Below, in pieces: positions 16,818 through 24,684 of a DNA stretch of 28,448 nucleotides (positions are counted from its first letter, which is position 1; every line of letters begins with the position of its first letter). Both the position numbers and the translations under genes were made by a program. This DNA is from a virus (taxonomy: Duplodnaviria; Caudoviricetes), in IMG/VR virus record IMGVR_UViG_3300033475_000123, positions 1-28,448 of that record. One strand, written 5' to 3'. Below the pieces are notes generated by a model that saw only the letters and a list, made by a program, of their open reading frames with translations, did not search any database and was not told where the DNA came from.

Positions 16818-17330
16818 GTGAGTGTAAATCCAATCTCTCCGGACGTCTTCCAGGGCGGTCAGATGACCGATCTTCCGGTCTTCACCGGGACGTTCAATGG
16901 CACGGAGGTCTTCGAGGTAGTCGCGGCGCCGACCGGCCAAACCAACCCCGCGGCCGGCGTCAATTACCAGATCACTAGCGCGCTCCTTGCGGCGCTGCTC
17001 TCAAATCTCGGGCAAACCGCCGTCATCATCACGAATGGCCAGTACACGTCACCAGCCTCGCCGTACGTGCCTCCGATCGGCGTCTCCAGGATCTACGTCA
17101 GCAAGACGAACGTGGAGGCGACCTACATCCAGTTCGATCTCGCGTCCTCGTATCTTGTCGAGCCGCTGGTGAAGGAGATCGCCGGATCCGCAGCTCCCGC
17201 TATCACCGTCACCTTCACCAATGCCGAATCGGCGGATGGGAACACCAGCGTCCCCATCCAGACCCCTTATGGCGGGTATTTTTTCCGGCCGGTATCTTCG
17301 CTCAGCACCTGGACGCTTGGGAGCGCCTGA
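16818..17330 (+). CDS. Putative fibre adaptor / virion protein (170 aa)
   Basis: GAGGGGG RBS; 'TDLP......GTE.F.VV' N-terminal pattern seen at phage fibre N-termini. Confidence 0.6.
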   Translation: MSVNPISPDVFQGGQMTDLPVFTGTFNGTEVFEVVAAPTGQTNPAAGVNYQITSALLAALLSNLGQTAVIITNGQYTSPASPYVPPIGVSRIYVSKTNVEATYIQFDLASSYLVEPLVKEIAGSAAPAITVTFTNAESADGNTSVPIQTPYGGYFFRPVSSLSTWTLGSA

Positions 17331-19216
17331 TGAATCTCCTTCGATCACTGATCGCCGGTATCGCTCTCGCGCTGCTCACCGTCGGCAGCGCCTCGGCGCA
17401 GTGCGGCACAACGGCTCCGGCGAACAAGGTCTGCGGCAACAACACGGGATCGCAGGGGTTGGCAACCTGGGTGACCGTGTCGGCTGGCGGCCTCACGCCG
17501 ATCGCCGGGGGCACCGTGCTTGGAAACCCGACCGGGCTGACGGCCGCTCCGGTCGCGACCAGTTCTCCTGTCCTTGGTGTTCCGGGCACCTCGACCGGGC
17601 AGGTCGGGTTGGCTGGGGCGACCTCTGGAACGGCCATTCTGCGCGCCCAGGCGGCGGCAGGGAGCGCCGTCGTACTTTTACCCACTGGAGCCGGAACGCT
17701 CGCGTCCAGCGCCTCCACGCCTCTCGTATTGGATCCTGTGGCCGGTGGCCTGACGTGTCCCACCTGCGTGACGTCATCAGGTGGAGGTGCGATCACCGGA
17801 ACGGCTCCGATCTCGGTCTCGGCCGGCGGTGTCGTCTCGATCAACGCGCCCTATACGACGCTCACGGCATCTAACGGCGGCATCGTCTATTCGGGTGCTA
17901 CTAACCTCGCCATCCTCGGTGGCACCGCTACGGCCCGGCAGATGCTGCAGTCCGGCGCCTCGGGCGCCCCGGCGTGGTCGACCGCAACGTGGCCGGCGAC
18001 CACCACGATCAACCAGATCCTGTTCTCGTCGGCGGCCAACACTGTCACGGGACTTGCGACGGCCAACAGCAGTGTCCTTGTCACCAACGGATCTGGTGTG
18101 CCATCGCTGTCGACCACGCTGCCGACGGTCGCCATCCCGGCGATCACCGGGCCGGTGGCGATCACCTCAACCTCGGCATCGGCACTTGCTGTCGGCGCCA
18201 ACGGGGCGACCAATCCTGTGCTTCAGGTCGATGCTTCGACCGCATCTGTGGCGACCGGTCTATCGATCAAGGGGGCCGCGGCCGCGGGCGGCGTGGCGGT
18301 GGCAGCGATCTCCTCGGGCACGAACGAAAGCCTGTCCGTCAACGCCAAGGGCTCGGGCGGTGTTTTCATCTCCGGGAGTTCTACCGGACAAACCCAAATT
18401 GGCAACGGTGGCGGCGGCGTTCTGGTCGGGAGCGCTCTCACCTACGGCGGGGTGACGCTTGCCAACTCGGTCACCGGTACCGGGTCCATGGTGCTGTCGA
18501 CATCGCCATCCCTGGTGACGCCGGCACTCGGTGTCGCTACAGCCACGAGCTTGGCGTTGGGCGGCGCCACTATTGGCACCAATGCTCTCGCGGTGAACGG
18601 AACGTCTGTTGTTCAATCGACCAATGCGTCAGCATTCACTGTAGGCGCAAACGGCGCAACCAATCCTGTATTCCAAGTCGATGCTTCGACCGCATCTGTG
18701 GCGACCGGCTGGAAAGTGTTTGGCAATGCAGCTGGCGCGGCTGTTGGTCTGAGCGTCATTTCCTCCGGGACCAACGAGACTGGTGCGATCAACGCCAAGG
18801 GCTCCGGTCAGCTCGTGCTTGCCAACGTCTCCACAGGCGGCGTTTCTATCAATGGGCCTTTGGCCGGCACCGCCTTTGGAACCAACGTCGCCACGGCATT
18901 GGGCACTGCAAGCGGATCCGTCAACGGCTTTCCGCTGATCATCGCGAATGGCACGATCGCCCTCGGCACCAGCCTGATCGCCTCCGGGGCTTGCGGCACG
19001 GCTGCTACAGCTGCCGGTACGGGCATTGCGACGACCGACGTAATCGACGTTGGATTTAACACCGATCCGACTGCCGTGACCGGCTACACTTCGAGCGCGA
19101 TGTTGACCTTGGTGATTTACCCAACAGCAAACACCGTGAACGTGAAGCAGTGCAACCTAACAGCAAGTTCGATTACACCCAGCGCTCTGACGCTGAACTG
19201 GCGGGTCCGTAGATGA
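17330..19216 (+). CDS. Signal-peptide-bearing fibre-like protein (628 aa, G/A/S/T-rich)
   Basis: MNLLRS-LIAGIALALLTV-GSASA|Q; 'TGTGSMVLSTSPSLVTPALG' fibre-type motif; internal duplication; 6 Cys. Confidence 0.75.
   Translation: MNLLRSLIAGIALALLTVGSASAQCGTTAPANKVCGNNTGSQGLATWVTVSAGGLTPIAGGTVLGNPTGLTAAPVATSSPVLGVPGTSTGQVGLAGATSGTAILRAQAAAGSAVVLLPTGAGTLASSASTPLVLDPVAGGLTCPTCVTSSGGGAITGTAPISVSAGGVVSINAPYTTLTASNGGIVYSGATNLAILGGTATARQMLQSGASGAPAWSTATWPATTTINQILFSSAANTVTGLATANSSVLVTNGSGVPSLSTTLPTVAIPAITGPVAITSTSASALAVGANGATNPVLQVDASTASVATGLSIKGAAAAGGVAVAAISSGTNESLSVNAKGSGGVFISGSSTGQTQIGNGGGGVLVGSALTYGGVTLANSVTGTGSMVLSTSPSLVTPALGVATATSLALGGATIGTNALAVNGTSVVQSTNASAFTVGANGATNPVFQVDASTASVATGWKVFGNAAGAAVGLSVISSGTNETGAINAKGSGQLVLANVSTGGVSINGPLAGTAFGTNVATALGTASGSVNGFPLIIANGTIALGTSLIASGACGTAATAAGTGIATTDVIDVGFNTDPTAVTGYTSSAMLTLVIYPTANTVNVKQCNLTASSITPSALTLNWRVRR
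18227..18708 (+). repeat. Direct repeat: identical 32-mer GTCGATGCTTCGACCGCATCTGTGGCGACCGG at 18227-18258 and 18677-18708
   Basis: Read directly; core of a ~75-aa duplicated unit with 450-nt spacing. Confidence 0.85.
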
Positions 19217-20169
19217 ATTTTCTGTACCGTCTTTGCATCTATGTTACTGCGGCGCTCGTAGCGATCTCGCCGGTTCGAATCGACCGCGTTAGTGCAACGA
19301 CCGTTCTACCGGTTCTCGGACTGCAGTCGTCTACGGTTTTTTCCTGCACCGGTGGCACGATCACGAATAGCGGCGGAAACCGCATTCACACATTCACATC
19401 CGGCGGCACGCTTGTTTGCAGTGGCCCCGGCAGCAAAACAGTCAGTTACCTTGGCTGTGGTGGTGGGGGAGGTGGAGGAGGCTTTCTTGGCGGCGGCGGT
19501 GGCGGCGGTGGTGTTGTCACCGGATCCACAAGTCTGTCAGCAGGGAGCACCTCGGTCACTGTCGGTGCTGGTGGCACAGCCGGACCTAATGTCAACAGCA
19601 CGTCGGGCAGTGGCGGCAACGGGCAAAATACCGTCCTTGGTGCGCTTGCTACGGCGGGCGGTGGTGGCGGCGGCTCCGGAAATGGGGGCGCCAGTGCAGT
19701 AGCTGGAAACGGCGCCGCTACGAACGGCAACGGCGGCGGTGGCGCCAATAGTTCAGCCGCAGGCACGGGCAATGGCTCCGGGTTTGCTGGCGGCACTAAC
19801 GCCGCCAATCCATCAGGTGCCAGCGGCGGCGGTGGTGCTTCTGGTTTGGGCGCAAACGCAGCTTCAGGGACAAGTGAGGTCGGAGCCAACGGAGGCAACG
19901 GGGTCGCAAGTTCGATCAGCGGGGCGAGCGTAACCTACGGCGGCGGCGGCGGTGGCGGCGGCCGCCTCGATGCCGGAGGCCTTCAGGCCGGCGGGGTCGG
20001 AGGAACGGGAGGCGGCGGCAATGGTGGCGCGTCGGATGGGTCGTCAGGCCCCAATGCAGGCACAGCAAACCTATGTGGTGGAGGCGGTGGCGGCGGGTTT
20101 AACGGGACCGGTCACGCTGGAGCCGCCGGAGGTTCGGGTGTAGCAATCTTCTCCTACGTTTTTCCGTAG
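19213..20169 (+). CDS. Glycine-rich domain protein with probable signal peptide
   Basis: 'GGTIT..GG.RIHTFTS.GT', 'GGGGGGG', 'YGGGGGG', 'GGSGV.I..Y' phage Gly-rich family motifs; hydrophobic N-terminus LCIYVTAALVAISP. Confidence 0.75.
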   Translation: MNFLYRLCIYVTAALVAISPVRIDRVSATTVLPVLGLQSSTVFSCTGGTITNSGGNRIHTFTSGGTLVCSGPGSKTVSYLGCGGGGGGGGFLGGGGGGGGVVTGSTSLSAGSTSVTVGAGGTAGPNVNSTSGSGGNGQNTVLGALATAGGGGGGSGNGGASAVAGNGAATNGNGGGGANSSAAGTGNGSGFAGGTNAANPSGASGGGGASGLGANAASGTSEVGANGGNGVASSISGASVTYGGGGGGGGRLDAGGLQAGGVGGTGGGGNGGASDGSSGPNAGTANLCGGGGGGGFNGTGHAGAAGGSGVAIFSYVFP

Positions 20170-20177
20170 AGGTCGTT

Positions 20178-20900
20178 ATGGTCGGGCTCACGTACAACAC
20201 CTTCGTCACGTCCCTGGCGAATATGATTTCCACCGACGTCACGGACGTTGGCTATGTCGCGGCGCTGCCGAACATCATCGACGATGCCGAGCAAAGGATC
20301 TATCGCGAGCTGGATCTGCTGTCGACGATGGTGACCGCCGCTGGTCTACTGACGACGGGGAGCCGACAGTTCACGCTTCCCACCACGACACCGAACGGAA
20401 ACTTCGTTGTGGTGGAGGAGTTCAACGTGATCACGCCGGCAACCGTCACCAACCCTGAATTGGGAACGCGGGTGCCACTGCTTCCGGCGTCAAAGGAGTT
20501 CTTGGACGCAGTCTATTCCAGCGTGGCCGGGCATGGTGTGCCGCAGTATTTTGCCCCGGTTAGCCAGCAGAATTGGATAGTAGGTCCGTGGCCCGATGCC
20601 GGGTACACTATTGAAGTGGTTGGCACCATTCGCCCCGAGCCGCTCTCGGCGACCAACCAGACCACCTTCCTGTCGCAGTATCTCCCGGATGTCTTCCTAG
20701 CTGCGGCGCTGGTATTCTCGGCCGGCTACCAGCAAAACTTCTCGTCGATGGGGGATAACCCGCAGCAGGCCGTGACGTGGGAGAGCCATGTGCAAAAGCT
20801 GATCGATTCGGCTAAGGTGGAGGAGATCAGAAAGAAGTTCGGTTCGCAGGGATGGTCATCGAAGTCGCCAGATCCGATCGCGACGCCGCCGCGCACATGA
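20178..20900 (+). CDS. Tail tubular / adaptor protein
   Basis: 'II..AEQRIYR.LD', 'G.PQYFA', 'GP.PD..Y..E', 'T.FLS...PD' pattern; gene position. Confidence 0.65.
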   Translation: MVGLTYNTFVTSLANMISTDVTDVGYVAALPNIIDDAEQRIYRELDLLSTMVTAAGLLTTGSRQFTLPTTTPNGNFVVVEEFNVITPATVTNPELGTRVPLLPASKEFLDAVYSSVAGHGVPQYFAPVSQQNWIVGPWPDAGYTIEVVGTIRPEPLSATNQTTFLSQYLPDVFLAAALVFSAGYQQNFSSMGDNPQQAVTWESHVQKLIDSAKVEEIRKKFGSQGWSSKSPDPIATPPRT

Positions 20901-20912
20901 AGGGGCTAGGAA

Positions 20913-21896
20913 GTGGTCAATCCGCAAACCGTCAACGTCGGAATCATCGTCCCGCTCACCGGTGCTGACGTTGACCTGTGGGGGCAGAACGACGTCAACC
21001 CCAACATGGTGGTTATCGATGGCTACATTGGTGGCATTCAGACCGTTGCTGTGACCAACTCGCCCGTGACGTTGACTTCTCCTGCAGGCTTTACCGCGAC
21101 GCCATCGCCGGGGCCGACGGAGGCGCAAAATAGGGTGCTGCGCTTCACCGGCGCCATGACTGGGAATGTACCGGTCACGCTGCCGTTGCCGGGCGTCTAC
21201 GTGATCGAGAACCTGACCACGAACAATTTCATCCTGTCGTTTCGCGGCGCTGTGGCGGCGACCGAGGTCGTCGCCGTCGACCAGGGTGAACGGCAGACTA
21301 TCTACAACGACGGCTCGAACGTGCGGTTCGTGGATTTGGGTGGGCGTGTCGGGCAGATCGAGATGTGGGCCGGTCTCACGGCGATGCCGGCATGGGTTGC
21401 TGCCTGCACCAAACCTCCATACCTGCTGTGCGATGGGTCGGTCTATAATTTTTCGGACTATCCATATTTGGGCCAGCGCCTGCTGGGCAAGTTCGGCGGT
21501 AACGGTATAACGACGTTTGCTGTCCCCGACCAAAGTGGCCGGGTGGCGCTGCCCTATGACAAGACCGGAACGCGCATTACCGTCGCCGGCTGCGGTCTTA
21601 ACGGTCAAACCATCGGAGCGACGCTAGATCAGCAAAGTGTTGCGCTCACAGCAGCCCAATTGCCCAGCAATATCCCTTATACGGATCCTGGCCACACCCA
21701 CGGGGTGTCCTCCGTGCTCGGTATTTCGTCGGCCGGAGCCATCATCCCGTTGGGAGGATCGTCGAACAACACGACCTTCAATTATACGGTGACCACCAAC
21801 ACCACCAACATCACCATCAATCCGGCAGGAGGTGGCGCTCACCCCAACGTGCAGCCGTCCATTGTCACCGGCATCCCTGTGATCAGGGCGTTCTGA
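20913..21896 (+). CDS. Short tail fibre with phage tail-collar domain
   Basis: 'YLLCDGS.Y....YP.L...L...FGG.G.TTFAVPD..GRV' collar motif; 'LT.AQLP', 'DPGHTH', 'AHPNVQP'. Confidence 0.85.
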   Translation: MVNPQTVNVGIIVPLTGADVDLWGQNDVNPNMVVIDGYIGGIQTVAVTNSPVTLTSPAGFTATPSPGPTEAQNRVLRFTGAMTGNVPVTLPLPGVYVIENLTTNNFILSFRGAVAATEVVAVDQGERQTIYNDGSNVRFVDLGGRVGQIEMWAGLTAMPAWVAACTKPPYLLCDGSVYNFSDYPYLGQRLLGKFGGNGITTFAVPDQSGRVALPYDKTGTRITVAGCGLNGQTIGATLDQQSVALTAAQLPSNIPYTDPGHTHGVSSVLGISSAGAIIPLGGSSNNTTFNYTVTTNTTNITINPAGGGAHPNVQPSIVTGIPVIRAF

Positions 21897-21897
21897 T

Positions 21898-23946
21898 ATG
21901 CCATTCGGTGGTGTGAAGCTGATCCCAGGCGTCAATGTTGAGCGTACGCCGACGCTCAATGAGGCTGGTGTGGTGTCCAGCCAACTCATCCGCTACCGGG
22001 ACGGCCTTGTCCAGAAGTACGGTGGATGGGCTAACTTCTATCCGTTCGCGGTCGGTGGCGTGCCGCGCGATCTCCATGCATGGGAGGATCTGAACCAAGC
22101 CAACCGACTTGCCGTCGGGACCACGACGCAACTGTCGGCGATTGCCGGGTCTGTCTTGGTGAACCTGACGCCGCAAACCCTGTTGTCGGATTTTGCGCCA
22201 AACTTCACGACCACGCTCGGGTCTCCGTCGGTGCAGGTGACGGACGCAAACATTACGAACGTCACAACCTTCGATTCGGTTTTTTTCAATACGCCGGTGT
22301 CAGTTGGCGGTATCGTTCTCGCTGGGCTGTACCCGATCGATAGCGTCACAGGTGCTAACAGCTATCGCATCACGGCGGCTATGAACGCTACGGCCGCAGT
22401 TGCCAACGGTGGTGCCGTTCCGGTGTTCACCACGGTTACAGGAAGCGCCAACGTCTCGGTGCAGTTGGACTCTCACGGCTTGGGCGCCGCTCCCGCCAAT
22501 ACCATCGTCTTCCCGATTCCTACGGTGGTGAACGGCATCACGATCGATGGTCTGTACACCGCGGTGTCGATTGTCGACGCCAACAATTTTGTCATCCAGA
22601 CCGCAGCGCAAGCGACCGGCGCCGGATCGGTGTCGATGAATGGCGGCAATGCCGAGTTGGTCTATTACATCGCGCTCGGGCCGCCCCCTGGCGGGGTTGG
22701 CTACGGCCTCGGTGGCTATGGCCTTGGCGGCTACGGCACGGGCGTGGCGCAATCGGTGCAACAGGGAAACCCGATCTCAGCGTCCGATTGGACTACAGAC
22801 AATTGGGGGCAGATCCTGCTCGCGTGTCCGGAAGACGGTGGCATCTATTACTGGGATCCGACCGGAGGATTTCTGAATGCCAGCCTGATCTCCTCTGGCC
22901 CGATCTACAATTCCGGCATGTTTGTTTCGACGTCGGCGCAGATCGTCGTGGCCTACGGATCGACGATCACCGAGCAGATCGGCGTGCTCCAGGATCCCAT
23001 GCTGGTTCAGTGGTGCGACAGCGGCAACTTCTTCGATTGGACGCCAACCGACACCAATTTGGCGCGCAATTTCCGCATTCCGATCGGATCGCGCATCGTC
23101 GCCGGCATGGCGGTTTCGAACCAGAACCTGATCTGGACCGATCTCGACCTCTGGATCATGAACTTCATCGGATTCCCGAACGTCTACGGGTTCAATAAAA
23201 TCGGTGCGGGGGCCGGAGCTGCGTCGTCCCATGCGGTACAGCAGCTGCGCGGCGGCGTGCATTGGATGGGGACGTCGAACTTCTATCGCTATGCCGGCTC
23301 CGGCGTGGAGGTGGTGCCGTGCCCGGTATGGGACTTCGTGTTCCAGCAGATCGATACCACGAAGTTGAAGAACGTGCGCGCGATGCCGAACACGCCGTTC
23401 AACGAGGCCGGATATTTTTTCACTACGACGTCGAGCCCGAACGGCGAGAACGACGCCTACGTCAAATACAACATCACCGAGCCGGGCGCGCCGTGGGACT
23501 ACGGCTACCTGCCGCGATCGGCGTGGATCGACCAGAACGTGTTTGGGCCACCGATCGGTGCAAGCCCGGCCAGCGTGATTTATCAGCACGAGACCACCAA
23601 CGATGCGGCCGGACAACCCATGGCGTGGTCCTATTCCACCGGCTTCTTCAAGCTGGCTGAAGGTCAGGATTACGTGTTCGTTGATCGCTGGCTTCCGGAC
23701 TTCAAATGGGGAGAGATCGGGCAGGCCGGATCTGCGCAGATCCAGATGACGTTCAACGTCACGAACTTCCCTGGTGACACCCCGCGCGTCTACGGTCCCT
23801 ATACCGTGACGCAGGCGACCAAATTCATCACCACCAGATTCCGTGGCGCCCTCGTCAGTGTCACCATCTCCGGCGACGATCTTGGTAGTTTCTCCCGTCT
23901 GGGCTATATCCGGTACCGATATGCCCCGATGGGAAGGAACGGGTAA
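21898..23946 (+). CDS. Tail nozzle / DNA-stabilisation protein (P22 gp10 / T7 gp12-like)
   Basis: 682 aa; 'RYRDG..QK.GGW', 'W..DNWG..L', 'WCD....DW.P..TN.A', 'LIWTD', 'WMG..NFY.Y.G....PC.V' propeller-type motifs; two inserted beta domains. Confidence 0.7.
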   Translation: MPFGGVKLIPGVNVERTPTLNEAGVVSSQLIRYRDGLVQKYGGWANFYPFAVGGVPRDLHAWEDLNQANRLAVGTTTQLSAIAGSVLVNLTPQTLLSDFAPNFTTTLGSPSVQVTDANITNVTTFDSVFFNTPVSVGGIVLAGLYPIDSVTGANSYRITAAMNATAAVANGGAVPVFTTVTGSANVSVQLDSHGLGAAPANTIVFPIPTVVNGITIDGLYTAVSIVDANNFVIQTAAQATGAGSVSMNGGNAELVYYIALGPPPGGVGYGLGGYGLGGYGTGVAQSVQQGNPISASDWTTDNWGQILLACPEDGGIYYWDPTGGFLNASLISSGPIYNSGMFVSTSAQIVVAYGSTITEQIGVLQDPMLVQWCDSGNFFDWTPTDTNLARNFRIPIGSRIVAGMAVSNQNLIWTDLDLWIMNFIGFPNVYGFNKIGAGAGAASSHAVQQLRGGVHWMGTSNFYRYAGSGVEVVPCPVWDFVFQQIDTTKLKNVRAMPNTPFNEAGYFFTTTSSPNGENDAYVKYNITEPGAPWDYGYLPRSAWIDQNVFGPPIGASPASVIYQHETTNDAAGQPMAWSYSTGFFKLAEGQDYVFVDRWLPDFKWGEIGQAGSAQIQMTFNVTNFPGDTPRVYGPYTVTQATKFITTRFRGALVSVTISGDDLGSFSRLGYIRYRYAPMGRNG

Positions 23947-24164
23947 TGGCCGCCGCTGATCTCGACACCATCAACTCGACGCAAATCGAAGGCGTCAAGA
24001 ACCTCGGCCTGATCGTCCAGGTGCTGCAGAAGGCCTTTGGCTTCCTCGGCGGCACCAGCGGCTCGGCGACCGGGGGCGCAGCGACGCTTCCCGCCAACCC
24101 GGTGGGATTCGTGACAATGACGCTGCCGAATGGCCAGTCCGTAAAAGTCGCCTACTATGACTGA
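23946..24164 (+). CDS. Small tail-module protein (72 aa)
   Basis: TAATG overlap; 'AT.G.ATLPANPVGF......G..VKV.YY' C-terminal motif. Confidence 0.7.
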   Translation: MAAADLDTINSTQIEGVKNLGLIVQVLQKAFGFLGGTSGSATGGAATLPANPVGFVTMTLPNGQSVKVAYYD

Positions 24165-24684
24165 GCGATGGCTTCCAGTTGTTGGTTTCGAAGGGCTGTA
24201 TGAGGTAAGCGATCTCGGCCGTGTTAAGTCGGTCGATCGCACCTGCCCGTCTAAAGACGGTGGCACCCGCACGGTGCCGGAAAAGATGCTCAACGGGAGC
24301 GCGTGGGGTCCATATTTGTGCGTCACGCTATTCCGCGACGGAGTGAGGCTGCGGCAAAACATCCAGTGGCTGGTCATGTATGCCTTCGTTGGCCCTAAGC
24401 TCGATCCAGATTGGGAGGTGTGTCATGATGATGGCAGGCACCATAACAATCGCCTATCGAATCTGAGGTACGACACCCGAGTTGGCAACTTCGCCGACAA
24501 GGTAATTCACGGCACCCACCAGCGCGGTGAGAGGCACGGCAACGCCAAGCTAACCGATGAACAAGCCATGTCGGTTTTGCGAGACCTCCGTCGACCGCAG
24601 GAGATTGCGCTAGAATATGGCGTGAGCGATGCTACGGTTTATCTCATCAAGAACCGAACGAACTGGCGACATCTGGAGGCCTAA
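24157..24684 (+). CDS. NUMOD4-HNH homing endonuclease
   Basis: NUMOD4 'ERWLPVVGFEGLYEVSDLGRVKS'; HNH 'CHDDG..HNNRLSNLRY.T...N'; 'GE.HG.AKLT' plus C-terminal HTH. Confidence 0.9.
   Translation: MTERWLPVVGFEGLYEVSDLGRVKSVDRTCPSKDGGTRTVPEKMLNGSAWGPYLCVTLFRDGVRLRQNIQWLVMYAFVGPKLDPDWEVCHDDGRHHNNRLSNLRYDTRVGNFADKVIHGTHQRGERHGNAKLTDEQAMSVLRDLRRPQEIALEYGVSDATVYLIKNRTNWRHLEA

Noticed and set aside
18227-18708. 32-nt direct repeat as att site or invertase crossover site
   Set aside because: In frame within a duplicated protein unit, direct orientation, and no recombinase in the window
13342-19290. Signal-peptide proteins as holin/spanin lysis genes or lipoproteins
   Set aside because: No canonical lipobox, mature parts are beta- or Gly-rich rather than coiled-coil, and no endolysin is adjacent
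19440-20140. GGC/GGT repeat tracts as CRISPR, VNTR or DGR elements
   Set aside because: They encode poly-Gly; no spacer periodicity, no adenine-specific TR/VR pair and no reverse transcriptase seen
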